A stretch of 64,000 nt of DNA from a virus, in IMG/VR virus record IMGVR_UViG_3300020165_000009. One strand, 5' to 3'. This document shows, in pieces, positions 63,618 through 64,000 of this stretch. A model generated the notes under the pieces. The model saw nothing but the letters and a program-made list of their open reading frames with translations. It was not told the DNA's origin and ran no database searches. Made by a program: the position numbers and the translations under genes. Each line of letters begins with the position of its first letter. Position 1 is the stretch's first letter.

Positions 63618-64000
63618 TATTTTTATCGGGTTAGATGAAGCGCATCCCGAAGCATATGATGTATGTCGTGAAAGCATATTAAAAGGTAATAAGAAGTATG
63701 AGCTTAATATTAAACCTATTAATTATAATACTGTTTCAGACTATTACAGAGCTAGGAATGAAACAGAATCTACTCAATTCTCGTTCGCTCGTTTCTGGAC
63801 TCCATGGGAAAGCAACCGAACAGGGGTAAGTATATTTGTGGATAGCGATTTCGTCTTCTTGGAGTCCATAGATAATCTTATTGATCTATATGATGATCGA
63901 TATGCTGTAATGTGTTGTAAGCATAAAGATTACGAACCTAAAGGCGACGTTAAGATGGGAGGTAAATTACAATCTAAGTACCCGAGGAAGAATTGGAGTA
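63601..64000 (+). CDS. Glycosyltransferase (GT8-like), 3' truncated
   Basis: Not in the ORF track: MKECINIFIGLD...STQFSFARFWTPW...IFVDSDF...YAVMCCKH...KYPRKNWS. Confidence 0.85.
   Translation, partial: MKECINIFIGLDEAHPEAYDVCRESILKGNKKYELNIKPINYNTVSDYYRARNETESTQFSFARFWTPWESNRTGVSIFVDSDFVFLESIDNLIDLYDDRYAVMCCKHKDYEPKGDVKMGGKLQSKYPRKNWS

Noticed and set aside
1-64000. Stop-codon reassignment
   Set aside because: Core genes are full length in the standard code, and TAA, TAG and TGA all end genes at sensible positions.
1-64000. tRNA or other structured RNA genes
   Set aside because: Intergenic gaps are nearly all under about 100 bp and AT-rich; I saw no cloverleaf or T-loop signatures, though a covariance-model scan was not possible.

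Overview
This window is a 64-kb segment of a large, AT-rich T4-like myovirus genome. It uses the standard genetic code and I see no tRNA, CRISPR array, intron or intein. About 1-20.7 kb encodes baseplate, tail, terminase and neck proteins (gp6, gp25, gp53, gp19, gp18, gp17, gp14 and others), with the clamp loader and dUTPase among them. About 24-52.5 kb is the minus-strand replication and recombination core (primase, RNase H, clamp, gp32, gp41, UvsX, gp43, gp46/47, gp55, UvsW, UvsY). Interleaved with it are an NDP-rhamnose-type sugar operon, three glycosyltransferases and a 7-deazaguanine-type cluster (atypical QueC, class II glutamine amidotransferase, PurN/DpdN-like formyltransferase, dNTP diphosphohydrolase). 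About 60-64 kb is a late modification cluster (aminotransferase, radical SAM/SPASM, glycosyltransferase). Three patterns stand out. (i) About 17 late genes carry T4-internal-protein-like N-terminal leaders ending in a hydrophobic-x-E motif, and several are strings of unrelated modules joined by recurring E-D-x-E linkers, suggesting a protease-processed, capsid-packaged cargo system that includes a nuclease and a ligase-like/nucleotidyltransferase fusion. (ii) There are two promoter classes, TAAATA (late) and TATAAT (six copies of GGAAC-N5-TATAAT), typically 4-10 nt from start codons with no Shine-Dalgarno, implying widespread leaderless mRNAs. (iii) The gene set may specify an unusual formylated and/or glycosylated 7-deazaguanine DNA base. 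All functional calls come from motif recognition by eye; no database searches were run.
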